This document shows positions 44,919 to 54,170 of a DNA stretch of 64,000 nt, piece by piece (within the stretch, counting starts at the first letter, position 1; each line of letters opens with the position of its first letter). A model generated the notes under the pieces. The model was given only the letters and a program-made list of their open reading frames with translations, searched no databases and was not told the DNA's origin. Source of the DNA: Nitrospirota bacterium (GTDB taxonomy: Bacteria > Nitrospirota > UBA9217); NCBI GenBank assembly GCA_963741205.1, contig CAVUHW010000026.1:317395-381394 (forward strand). The letters run 5' to 3'. The translations under genes and the position numbers were made by a program.

Positions 44919-45117
44919 GATTCCGCCTCCCCGTGACTCACTCGTGCTTCACCATGACTCTATTATTGCAGCATAGTTTACGAAAGTCAATGAAGAAGGC
45001 GGTGTCCGGCCGGAAGTGTGCCCCTCCTTTGCAAATACACGAAAAGCAAAAGAGCGGAATCAAACATGATAGACCTGCCCCTGAGATGTGCCTGGAAAAT
45101 AACATCTTGTTATATTG

Positions 45118-45141
45118 TTGCACATATTGTAATATATGCAA
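45118..45141. promoter_or_regulatory. 11-2-11 inverted repeat operator candidate upstream of the DsrE-like gene
   Basis: ttgcacatatt-gt-aatatatgcaa (one mismatch). Confidence 0.5.
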
Positions 45142-45183
45142 ACGCATATACCGGCCCGACGGGCCAAACTAAGGAGGGTTACA

Positions 45184-45570
45184 ATGAATTCAAAGAAGTT
45201 TCTATTCGTGCTGTCCCATGCAACGACAAATCCCATGGAAGTGATCGTCATGCTGAAAATCATATCCAATATGAAGGCATTCGACGACGAGGCAGAGATA
45301 GCGGTTTTCCTGGTCGGTGAAGGCGTCCAACTCGCGAAAAAAGGAATGGGGAAAACCATAACAATGGAACTGGAAGGCAATATGGTCAATGTCGGCGAAC
45401 TGCTGGACATGATGCCCGAGTTCAATGTGAAGTTTTACGTCTGCCACGCCTTCATGCCGCTCTTTAGCGTTGCCAAGGAAGAGCTTATCGAAGGCGCGGA
45501 GATGAAAGGAAGTTCCTACCTCGGCGAGCTGCTCCTGGCCGGCTACACTCCTTTTCCGATGGCAATGTAG
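45184..45570 (+). CDS. DsrE/DsrF-like family protein
   Basis: IAVFLVGEGVQLA; FYVC; LIEGAE; RBS aaggagg. Confidence 0.8.
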   Translation: MNSKKFLFVLSHATTNPMEVIVMLKIISNMKAFDDEAEIAVFLVGEGVQLAKKGMGKTITMELEGNMVNVGELLDMMPEFNVKFYVCHAFMPLFSVAKEELIEGAEMKGSSYLGELLLAGYTPFPMAM

Positions 45571-45705
45571 AGGAATGCAAGTAAGAATTAAGAAGGTAGA
45601 AGTAAGAAAGTGGTAAGGCCGGAGAAACATTCCGGCCTTTTTCCTTTTTGTCGATCTTCTGTTTCGCTTTCGTGTGGGTGATTTCTACCCGCTATCGTTT
45701 TTCTT

Positions 45706-45922
45706 GCATATCCCCTTCGCGGCCTTAATGAAATTTTTGACCCGTCTAAGGCCACGTCAGCTCGATCGCGCAAACTCGGCCTTCGGCCTCAGACACCCTG
45801 CACTCGCGCCTTGCACTCGTGAACGCTGGGTGCAGGCAGTGCGACGCGCTCGCCCTTGCGGGACGCTTCCTTAGGCCAAGACGTGTGCCCAAAAATTTCA
45901 TAGGTCCGCTCCGGGGATATGC
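45706..45922. repeat. 217-bp long-hairpin element with nested 40-bp insert
   Basis: Nested pairs gcatatcccc/ggggatatgc, atgaaatttttg/caaaaatttcat, cgtctaaggcc/ggccaagacg. Confidence 0.75.
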
Positions 45923-45955
45923 GGGGTTGGTTTAAAGACGTTTCACCAAAGTTTT

Positions 45956-46171
45956 CCCATGCGAAAATCTAGGCATGCGACCGAGTCCGTAGGGTTAAAC
46001 ATTTCAGACTGTCTGAGCCCAAAGGGCGAGCCTGCGGCCAGCGTTTATGAGTGCATAGCGCGAATGCAGGCGTTTCTGAAATGTACCGAAGGACGACCGA
46101 GCATGCCGTTAAGGATTTTCGCCGGGTGCCCTTCTTTCGGTTACCTTTCTTCGGGCAAGCAAGAAAGGTAA
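45956..46171 (+). repeat. ~200-bp structured repeat element, copy B (40-bp insert at 46031-46070)
   Basis: Homologous to copies A and C. Confidence 0.85.
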
Positions 46172-46175
46172 TAAT

Positions 46176-46619
46176 CTAATTTTCCTCCGGATACTGCGCG
46201 AGTTCCATAAGGATTCCATCGGGGCCATGGAAATACACGAGGCGCTTTCCCGTTTTTTCCCAGGTCCGAATCGGGCTTAAGAACTCAACGCCGAACTCCT
46301 TGAGCCGTGCAACCGTATGTTCAATATCTTTAACGGAAAAAGCCAGGTGACGGAAACCGATACGACCCGGATAACCGCAATCCGGATCGGACAGGGGTTT
46401 CGGATTGCTGAAGTTCAGGAGCTCTATGACGAGTTGACTCGACTGATGCTTCATCCCCACAAACGAACCGGCTGCCTCCTTGATACCGGTGACGGACTCG
46501 AGGAATGCAGCGTCAAGTGTCGATCGGATCGCCTCCTCGAATCCGAGGATCTCAAAAAACTTCCTGCTTCTTTCAAGATCAGTAACGACGATCGCAAGGT
46601 GATCGATTTGCTTTATCAT
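46176..46619 (-). CDS. VOC/glyoxalase family protein
   Basis: IDHLAIVVTDLERS; GFRHLAF; YFHGPDGILMEL. Confidence 0.9.
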   Translation of the reverse strand: MIKQIDHLAIVVTDLERSRKFFEILGFEEAIRSTLDAAFLESVTGIKEAAGSFVGMKHQSSQLVIELLNFSNPKPLSDPDCGYPGRIGFRHLAFSVKDIEHTVARLKEFGVEFLSPIRTWEKTGKRLVYFHGPDGILMELAQYPEEN

Positions 46620-46627
46620 GGCTGACC

Positions 46628-47191
46628 TCATCGGATTTCCGGGCGAACCTGTTTCCCCTGAAGAACCCGGAAAAAGCGGACGATCAGGGGGACGATGATC
46701 ATCGCGCCAAGAACTATCCACATCGTTGTGTCGGGATCGCGAAAATACGTGTTCAGGCGCAGGGTCGTGACTGCAATGACGGCGTAATACAGCATGTCGC
46801 CCGCGATCGCGATAGCCCAGCCCATCAGGAATCCATGGCCGGCAGCCAGCGCCGAGGCCCGCCCGGTCATCGGGTCCGCGCCAAAGGAGATCATAACGAG
46901 CGCAATGGGGCCTGCACCAATGCCGCTGAAATGGGCCGCGCTGCGGGCCATTGCAGCCTTCATCCTTGCGCTGAAACGGGCGAGAAACGGGACTCTTCCC
47001 CCCAACCATGCGAGAAGTTGAAGGACCGGCTCGAATGCGAGGGCCAGCATCACATCTGAAACCAGGTAGAGCCCGGCGGTCACGGGCCAGGCCAGACCCT
47101 TGGTCTGGGCGAGCAATACGCCTGCCGGGATTCCGCCCCCGACAGGGATAAGGAAGAGCATCAACACGGAAAGCATGATGGATACTAACAA
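46628..47191 (-). CDS. membrane protein (possibly small-multidrug-export-like)
   Basis: Hydrophobic ORF; LIPVGGGIPAGVLLA; DPMTGR. Confidence 0.65.
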   Translation of the reverse strand: MLVSIMLSVLMLFLIPVGGGIPAGVLLAQTKGLAWPVTAGLYLVSDVMLALAFEPVLQLLAWLGGRVPFLARFSARMKAAMARSAAHFSGIGAGPIALVMISFGADPMTGRASALAAGHGFLMGWAIAIAGDMLYYAVIAVTTLRLNTYFRDPDTTMWIVLGAMIIVPLIVRFFRVLQGKQVRPEIR

Positions 47192-47442
47192 AAGTGCCGG
47201 CTAAAGGCAAGCGGCGGGGTGGCTTTCGTATTGTGTATTTGGCTAAGGTATCTGGATAATATGAGAGAAAAATGTCAATTGCAAAGTCTGCCCCCAAGTA
47301 TTCCTATCAATCATCAAAAAGTATTACCAAGTATAGTAAAGACTGCGTACCTGAACCGGATTTATAATTAAATCAGACACACTTTGTTAAAAAGATTTTC
47401 ATGAGAGGCGCAGCATCAGATGCTTCGCCTGGAGAACAGCAT

Positions 47443-48483
47443 ATGAAAACATATAGTATTGCCAATGAAGATACCGGGACATTGACATTCGGGGACAAAC
47501 TGCACGACCTCCTGAACAGCCAGATAATTTCACGGCTCATTTATGTCGTCGCAAAGCTTGGCGTCCCTGACGTGATGACGGAAGGTGTGATGACTTCAGA
47601 TCAGATCGCCGGTGCCGTAAACGCCGACCCCGGAGCGCTCTACCGCGTCATGCGTACGCTCGCGGCGTATGGACTGTTTGCCGAAAAACCGAAAGGCTAT
47701 TTCGAGCTGACGGAACTCGGGAGTCTGCTTCGGTCCGACCATCCCGATTCGCAGAGGGCATTCGCGATCCTGGCATGGGAACCCTGGATGCGCGCAGGGT
47801 GGGACGGGATCCTTTCAACGGTCTCAACCGGAACAACCGCCTTCAACCAGGTACACGGCATGGGGTTCTTCGAATATCTGAATAAGCACCCCGACGCGGC
47901 CGACCTGTTCAACCGCGCGATGACGAGCCTCACCCGGAAGGAGATCGACTCCATCCTGTCGGCGTACGACTTTTCCCGCTTTGCCAAAGTTGCCGACGTG
48001 GGAGGAGGCTACGGCGGGCTCCTGGCCGCAATCCTCAAAAAACATCGAAGCGTGGCCGGTATTCTGTTCGATCTCCCTCACGTCGTGGAAGGGGCAAGGA
48101 ACCTGCTGGAAAAGGAAGCAGTGCTCGATCGCTGCACGCTGGCTGCGGGCGACTTTTTTTCCTCCATTACGCCGGGAGCGGACGCGTATATCCTGAAGAG
48201 CGTCATTCATGACTGGAATGACGAGGAAGCAGTGCGCATTCTCAGGAACTGCCGGGCAGCCGTCCCGGACACAGGGCGGATTCTTGTGATCGAGCGCCTG
48301 ATCGAAGAGGAAGCCGCGCCATCTCCCGCCAGGATCCTGGACATCGTCATGCTCGTCAATGTGAGCGGCAAAGAACGAACCGAGGAGGAGTACGGGAGCC
48401 TGTTTGCAGATTCGGGTTTCCGCCTGCAGAGGACGATCCCCACGTCGTCAGAGATGAATATCATCGAGGCGGTGCCGGTGTGA
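47443..48483 (+). CDS. SAM-dependent O-methyltransferase with dimerisation domain
   Basis: ALYRVMRTL; FNRAM; VADVGGGYG; LFDLP; GDFF; LKSVIHDW. Confidence 0.92.
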   Translation: MKTYSIANEDTGTLTFGDKLHDLLNSQIISRLIYVVAKLGVPDVMTEGVMTSDQIAGAVNADPGALYRVMRTLAAYGLFAEKPKGYFELTELGSLLRSDHPDSQRAFAILAWEPWMRAGWDGILSTVSTGTTAFNQVHGMGFFEYLNKHPDAADLFNRAMTSLTRKEIDSILSAYDFSRFAKVADVGGGYGGLLAAILKKHRSVAGILFDLPHVVEGARNLLEKEAVLDRCTLAAGDFFSSITPGADAYILKSVIHDWNDEEAVRILRNCRAAVPDTGRILVIERLIEEEAAPSPARILDIVMLVNVSGKERTEEEYGSLFADSGFRLQRTIPTSSEMNIIEAVPV

Positions 48484-48607
48484 TTCGATAGTGAAAAAGA
48501 TCCCGGGGACGCAGTGATCGAAATGGACTTTTCCCCCAATCTCTTGCGTCCCCTTTCACTATTTAATGGCCCGGAAGTCAAGGGGGGTATTTTAAAATTG
48601 GTGCCAG

Positions 48608-48779
48608 GGGCCAGGACAGGCCCTTGGTCCGGGCGAGCAATACGCCTGCCGGGATTCCGCCCCCGACAGGGATAAGGAAGAGCATCAACACGGAAAACAT
48701 GATGGATATTAGCAAAAGTGCCGGCCAAAGGCAAGCGGCGGGGCGGGTTTCGTATTGTGGTATTTGGCTAAGGCATCTG
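48608..48779 (-). pseudogene. duplicated 5' end and upstream region of the 46628..47191 gene
   Basis: About 170-bp near-identical direct repeat of 47084..47254. Confidence 0.85.
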
Positions 48780-48899
48780 AATTGGGGTCTTAATTCTGAT
48801 TTGTCAACAAATGAGATTTGACTCCAATTCGCTCCGATGTTTAGCAGTAATCAGAGAAAAGTCCAACAGTATGGACCTGACCCTAAGAAGTTTGGTGCC

Positions 48900-49988
48900 C
48901 TATACATTAAACCTGAAATTGATGATATCTCCGTCCTTTACTTCATAGGTCTTTCCCTCGAGTTTGAAATGCCCTTTTTCCCGTGCTGCATGCGTACTGC
49001 CGGTGGCAATAAAATCATCATAGGAAACGACCTCTGCCCGTATAAAACCTCTCTCGATATCCGAATGTATCCTGCCTGCCGCCTGCTGCGCATTCATGCC
49101 CTTTTCTATGGTCCAGGCCCTGACCTCGTCTTCACCGGAGGTCAAAAAAGATATCAGCCCGAGCAGGTCATACGAAACACGGATAAGCTTATTAAGCGCA
49201 GGTTCATTAATGCCGAGGTCGTCAAGAAAAACCTTCGCCTCCGTCGGGAGAAAGCTGGGCTATTTCCATCTCGATCTTTCCGCACATGCTCAACACCTTC
49301 ACCTGCCGCCCTTTGAAAATATGCCTGAAGATCAGCGACCGTCTTCCCTGTTGCTTCCGAATTCACTTCCTGTTCAGCAACGTTCAGCACAATGACCTCG
49401 GGCCTGATGGACATGAACTGCAGATGGCGCATGGCCTTCCGGTCATCCTCGGAAAAATCCGCGTCCCTCAGCGGCTTCTCGGATTCCAATACCTCCTTGC
49501 ATTTCAGCAAAAGCTTTTTCTCGCTCTCATCAGGCTTCTTTCCCCGCTTCATGCCCAGCTCCATCCGCTCAAGTCTTTTTTCAACAAGTTCCAGATCGCT
49601 GAAGACCATCTCCAGTTCGATCGTCTCGGCATCCCGCTGCGGGTCAACGTTGCCCATGCGGATGGGGCACTGCTTCGTTCTCAAAACCCCGCACAACATG
49701 GACAATGGCGTCTACGTCCTTGACCAGGTCAAACACCTTCCTGTTCTGCTCCATGTCGCCCTTTGTCAGTCCGATATAATCAACATACTCAACCGTTGCA
49801 TAGGTGGTCTTCTTCGGCTTGTATATCTCCGAAAGCCTGTCGACCCTGATGTCCGGCACCTTCACGACGCCATGATGAGGTTCTGCTGTCACGGTCGCAT
49901 AGACCGTCGTCTCCAGATTCAGACCCGTCAGGGCATTAAATATCGTTGTCTTTCCTGAATTCGCAAGGCCGGTAATGGCTATCTTCAT
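48900..49988 (-). CDS. ychF: redox-regulated ATPase YchF (several frameshifts)
   Basis: GLANSGKTTIFNALT; VKVPDIRV; EVRAWTI; AGRIHSDIERGFIRAEV; DGDIINFRFNV. Confidence 0.92.
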
Positions 49989-50048
49989 TTTTTTCTCCTT
50001 TAGAACCGCTTAAGGGTCAGGTCTTTACGGGCTGTTGCTCAGAGGTGC

Positions 50049-50624
50049 CTACAAGTCCGGTCCCAGGATATAGCGCAGAACAGCCTTCAGGTCCGGAAAC
50101 AGCCCAAACCCATTGCCCGCATACGCCCTGTTCCACGGAAACAGCAGTCCGGCCCCCTTCGCGCCGCGCGCCACCGCCCGCTCGAGCGTTGCCGGCGCAT
50201 CATCGACGACGACTGCGGCATGGCTAAAGAGCACGGTCTTGTCGAAGGAGAGATGGAGTTCATCATAGGTAAGCGCATGCCGCGCAAGCCATCGTTCCGT
50301 GGGTTGCCTCGTTTCAGCCTTCCGATGACTTGCGATGATGATATGGAACCCCCGCTCCCTGAGCGACAGGAGGAAGTCGCGCGCCTCGGGGTATGGCCGG
50401 AAGCGGTCGTTGTCCTGTTCTAAATGGATCGAATTGATCGCTGCCATGAACTCTTCTTTCGAACAGTATGGTTCCCAGAAGTCGAAGGTCGACCACTGAT
50501 CGATCGGAGGGAATTGCGGGTTCAGTTTCTGGAGCTCCAAGTAAAAGGCGTCGCAAAACTGCCACAGCGTGTTGTCGATATCAATAACCGCTGTCTTCTT
50601 CATAACCGGCGTTTTTCCCATCAC
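50049..50624 (-). CDS. HAD-superfamily 5'-nucleotidase-like protein
   Basis: DIDNTL; IASHR; VVDDAP; FPWN. Confidence 0.8.
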   Translation of the reverse strand: MMGKTPVMKKTAVIDIDNTLWQFCDAFYLELQKLNPQFPPIDQWSTFDFWEPYCSKEEFMAAINSIHLEQDNDRFRPYPEARDFLLSLRERGFHIIIASHRKAETRQPTERWLARHALTYDELHLSFDKTVLFSHAAVVVDDAPATLERAVARGAKGAGLLFPWNRAYAGNGFGLFPDLKAVLRYILGPDL

Positions 50625-51196
50625 GCATTGTAACTTCTTTATCGCTGGAATTCAACCCTGTCCTTATGGAGGTGTCGTTCGCTATCAAAAGGAAGAATTG
50701 TCGAGCCGCAAGAACTGCGCCTCAGATGTGTTTGAGAACGTGGGAAGCCTGACATTTTAGACCAGAACCCATGCTGCTCTCTGTTTCGGGAAACAAGGAT
50801 ACCTTGAAATGGTGTTGGCGAAACAATGGGCAGAGTGTAAACCAAACACCTTTACAATACTTCTCCGATGAGAAAAGCGTGTGGGCCAAGAGATTGCTTG
50901 TAGATTTGCAGGGTTTCAAACGGTTATGTACGAGTAGTGGGCAATCCATTAGTTTCTCCCCCGGCTAACGTGCAACAGCTTGGATGAAAGCCGTTAGTTT
51001 CGCACATCGTAAATTTAAAAATCAATCGTCAATATAACTGCAATTCGCGCGCCGTTTTCTTGTCGTTTTAATTCGCTGGGAAATTAAGTAGTTTCCGGAA
51101 AGAAAGCTGACAAAAATGACAATTTTCGGTTAGCGGCTGACATGATCCGGCACCCGTAAAGAAGGAGGAGGCTGTTGACGGAACATTAGGGGTGAA

Positions 51197-51333
51197 CTAG
51201 TGGTTGTCCATTAGGCAATGCGCACGGCAGATCCAGTTATAGAGTTAAGTCACATGCTGGCGGTGTTCAGAAAATTGATCCGGTCCTGATTGCACTTGAA
51301 AACGGCTTTCTTTTCATTGCCGCGGGAAGTGAT
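51197..51333 (-). pseudogene. RAYT-like transposase N-terminal relic
   Basis: ITSRGNEKKAVFKCNQDRINFLNT, frameshift, then YNWICRAHCLMDNH*; stops at the HUH motif; closely matches the 36639 relic. Confidence 0.8.
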
Positions 51334-51632
51334 GAGCGCCAGCGTCCTTCGGGGGGCCACCCCGCAGGTTATGATAGCGCTGCGAGCGGCTCAATGCTGC
51401 GACTGCGTTGTTCTACTTGATGTGCAATTCGCTTTATGAGTTGTTCACTCAAGGCGACATTACCTACATTTAGAAGTATTTCAGGCTTACTCCCATTAAA
51501 CAAACGGAGAGAATCAGGAGATTCTTTAATCAAATGCCAAACGGAACTAGCGAGCACGGGACGTACGTCGACGCGCTCGCCGACTGCAGAGCTGAGCCAT
51601 TGCGTGAGCCATGTAAAGGAAACGTCTCGTCA

Positions 51633-51935
51633 TTATCGTTTTTTCTTAGCTGTCTTCTTGTCCCCTGCCTTTTTCTTGGCCTTCTTCGCTGTCACCTTTT
51701 TTGCCACTTTCTTTTGTTCGGCCTTTTTCCCCGTCTTTTTCTTGGCCCTCTTCTTCGCTGCCACCTTTTTCCGGGACGTTGCCGCCAGCGGGGAGGGAAC
51801 TTCCGGAACATTCACTTCAGTCGTTTTTAGACTGCAGCAGTATATCGGTTCCTCGTATACGTCTCCTGTCGTCGTCACATCGATTTTTTTGCCGCATACC
51901 TTGCATTCGTACTGCATGATCTTCTTAATAGCCAT
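51633..51935 (-). CDS. desulforedoxin-like CxxC...CC domain fused to a Lys/Ala-rich histone H1-like tail
   Basis: YECKVCG...IYCC followed by KKVAAKKRAKKK...; RBS aaggaggt. Confidence 0.75.
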   Translation of the reverse strand: MAIKKIMQYECKVCGKKIDVTTTGDVYEEPIYCCSLKTTEVNVPEVPSPLAATSRKKVAAKKRAKKKTGKKAEQKKVAKKVTAKKAKKKAGDKKTAKKKR

Positions 51936-52123
51936 GTGTCTTACCTCCTTAGATAAGATCCTAAAATACTCATCGCGATAGCTCCTGTCCTTGCCGTCTG
52001 CCATTAGATCAGGCTTGGATACCGAAGTGGCTTCTTTTAGTCGTTGACTTTTTCTTATCATTCATTTTGACAACCTTGCACCAAAATAAGCGTAGAGATC
52101 ATACTCACAACCTTACTACTGCA

Positions 52124-52685
52124 TTACTGCCCCTGTCTCGATGCACCTTCCAGGTCTTTATTGCCGTCGATGAACTTTAGATTGAACTTGAACCGGTCGA
52201 TTTTCCAGCCGCCGTCCCCTTTGACGAGATGGTAATCATAACTTCCCACAAAGACCCCGGGTGTTCTGGTTCGTGGGGTTCGGGAGGTAGTGATAGGCGA
52301 TACCGTAGCAGAACAGGTCCGCTTCGTTTCCTTTGATTGTCGCCTGGTAATTACCCGCCTGCTGATGGATTGCCCTGATAGCCTTTAACCCCTGTTCCCA
52401 CATGTCCGCGATCTGCTGGGGCGTCTTCTTCTCGGGCTGGCCGCCGGAAAGGGAGGTCATGTCAAAGAGCACTTCGGGAGCGAACACATCTTTGACGCAG
52501 GCCCAGTCACGATTGTCGGTGCAGATGAAGAGCTTGTTGGCAACGTCTATGACGTCGTTCCGGTCCTTGAGATCGGATAATTCATGGTGAAACTTTTCAT
52601 GATGGTGAGATGCGCAGCCTGCAATGATCAGGAGCACTAATGTGCAGTTCAGGACGGCGGGCCGATATTTCTCTGTGATGGGCAT
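52124..52685 (-). CDS. NTF2/SnoaL-like protein (frameshift near 52258)
   Basis: LFICTDNRDW..VFA; continues in another frame VGSYDYHLVKGDGGWKID to TAA at 52124. Confidence 0.8.
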
Positions 52686-52937
52686 GTAAGTTCCTCTCAA
52701 GCGGAGCAAGTAGGAAGCGGACCCGACACGGTCAGATCTTTTCTTTTGGCATCGGCTGCTTCTCAATCTCACGGCCTTCTCCGCCCCCATTTCCCCGCAG
52801 AATACAAGTAAGAAGTATGAATTAGGAAGTAAGAGTTCTTCTTAGATCGCCATTCAGCAACAACTTTGTGGTGACTCAAAGGAAGACCACAAGGGATGGG
52901 GCCTGAAACATCGGTTCATGCCGAAAGCGACAATCTT

Positions 52938-53163
52938 CTTTTCCGTCACCTTTCTTGCGTGCCCAAGAAAGGTGACCCAAAGAAGGGCACCCAGCGGAAA
53001 TTTTTCCCGGCAGGCTCGGTCGTCCTCGGTACATTTCGGAAACAGCCTGCATTCGCGCTATGCACTCATGAACGCTGGCTGCAGGCTCGCCAACCTTTGG
53101 GCTCGGACATCCGAAATGCTTCACCCTCGGACTCGGTCGCCTGCCTGAAATTTTCGCATGGGG
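52938..53163 (-). repeat. ~200-bp structured repeat element, copy C (40-bp insert at 53046-53085)
   Basis: Reverse-complement homologue of copies A and B. Confidence 0.85.
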
Positions 53164-53324
53164 CCGATACAAAGGATACAGCTTTCTTTATCAGTTTCTT
53201 CATCCACACCGCCATGTCCCGCGCAATCTTCAATTCCCGCGCGTCATCCTGCGCAATGGGCTCGCCGAGCGGAGGAGCCCTGCGTCGGACGGCGAAACCG
53301 ACCTTAATAATGCGCCGGTAAAAT

Positions 53325-53519
53325 TTATTTTTCTTTGGCAACTTTTTTAGCGCCCCGGCACCTAGGACAAACGCTTTTCCCCGTACCGTGACAATCCGGA
53401 CAAGGACGTTGAGCGGCATTCGAACTGGACTGTCTTCCTTGTCCACGGCAGACAGGACACGTTATGGAACCTTTACCGCCGCATTCCGGACAGGGAATCG
53501 TTGACGTTTTATCCGCCAT
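53325..53519 (-). CDS. stand-alone DnaJ-type zinc-finger microprotein
   Basis: CPECGGKG, CPVCRGQG, CPDCHGTG, CPRCRGA; RBS ggagg. Confidence 0.8.
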   Translation of the reverse strand: MADKTSTIPCPECGGKGSITCPVCRGQGRQSSSNAAQRPCPDCHGTGKSVCPRCRGAKKVAKEK

Positions 53520-53709
53520 TTGGTACCTCCATTGATTTATAACGACTATGCAGGAACCCCGCCAGGGTCAGGTTTTGACCCTTACAGTGTCAGGTCTTTT
53601 ATTTTGGTCTTCCGTATTCCTTCTCAGCAAATTGACGATGGTTCAGTAACGAATTAAACCATGAGAACCATACAGAACGCCCCCAACCGGTGTTGTCCGC
53701 AGTGGTGCA

Positions 53710-54051
53710 CTATCGACCGAACAATACAATAACCGAAACGCCCAGTGCGATACATGACACAATGATCGCTCCAATACAAAGTGCGGCTGTCCGTCTGAAC
53801 CTCGATTCAGCGAGTGACGCTCCTTGCTCGAGGGCAGTTATGGTCTTTTGCAACTGCTCGGCCAGTTCTTTAATGTGCACCGCATTTTTCGAGGCGGCAG
53901 ATTGCAGTTCGGCAATCTGCTGTTGCAGGAGTTGTGCTTGCGCTGCAGCGGCCTCATCGCTTTTTCGCGTGGTAAAAACCGGAATCGCCGCTGTTACGAT
54001 CGAACTTACGTAAGGCAAGATCGCTTTTACTGCGGGAACGAGCCACGCCAT
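53710..54051 (-). CDS. hypothetical coiled-coil protein with C-terminal TM
   Basis: RBS ggagg; QQQIAELQSAA coiled coil; hydrophobic tail. Confidence 0.7.
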   Translation of the reverse strand: MAWLVPAVKAILPYVSSIVTAAIPVFTTRKSDEAAAAQAQLLQQQIAELQSAASKNAVHIKELAEQLQKTITALEQGASLAESRFRRTAALCIGAIIVSCIALGVSVIVLFGR

Positions 54052-54170
54052 AGATCCTCCCAGTCAACGAGTTAAGCGAACGGACCCATACGGTGTCACG
54101 GTCCAGCGCCCTTCTTTCATCCGGCCAGCAAAGCCCCGTGAGTGTCCGGCCGACCGGCTCGGCGCCTCCC

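Larger units (their letters stand above)
44215..45081. mobile_element. putative non-autonomous element carrying vapBC between 20-bp inverted repeats
   Basis: gggtcaggtctataatgttt (44215-44234) and aaacatgatagacctgcccc (45062-45081), 18/20 complementary. Confidence 0.65.

Noticed and set aside
50771-51557. Integron cassettes (ORFs ending in TAAC at 50968 and 51369; weak attC-like words near 53690 and 54065)
   Set aside because: No properly spaced complementary R''/R' and L boxes could be built, and there is no intI. The short ORFs are not recognisable.
52876-53446. ORFs 52876..53172, 52896..53321, 53066..53446, 43114..43305 and 45959..46171 as a small protein family
   Set aside because: Their similarity comes from overlapping the ~200-bp repeat element; frames and starts are not conserved between copies.
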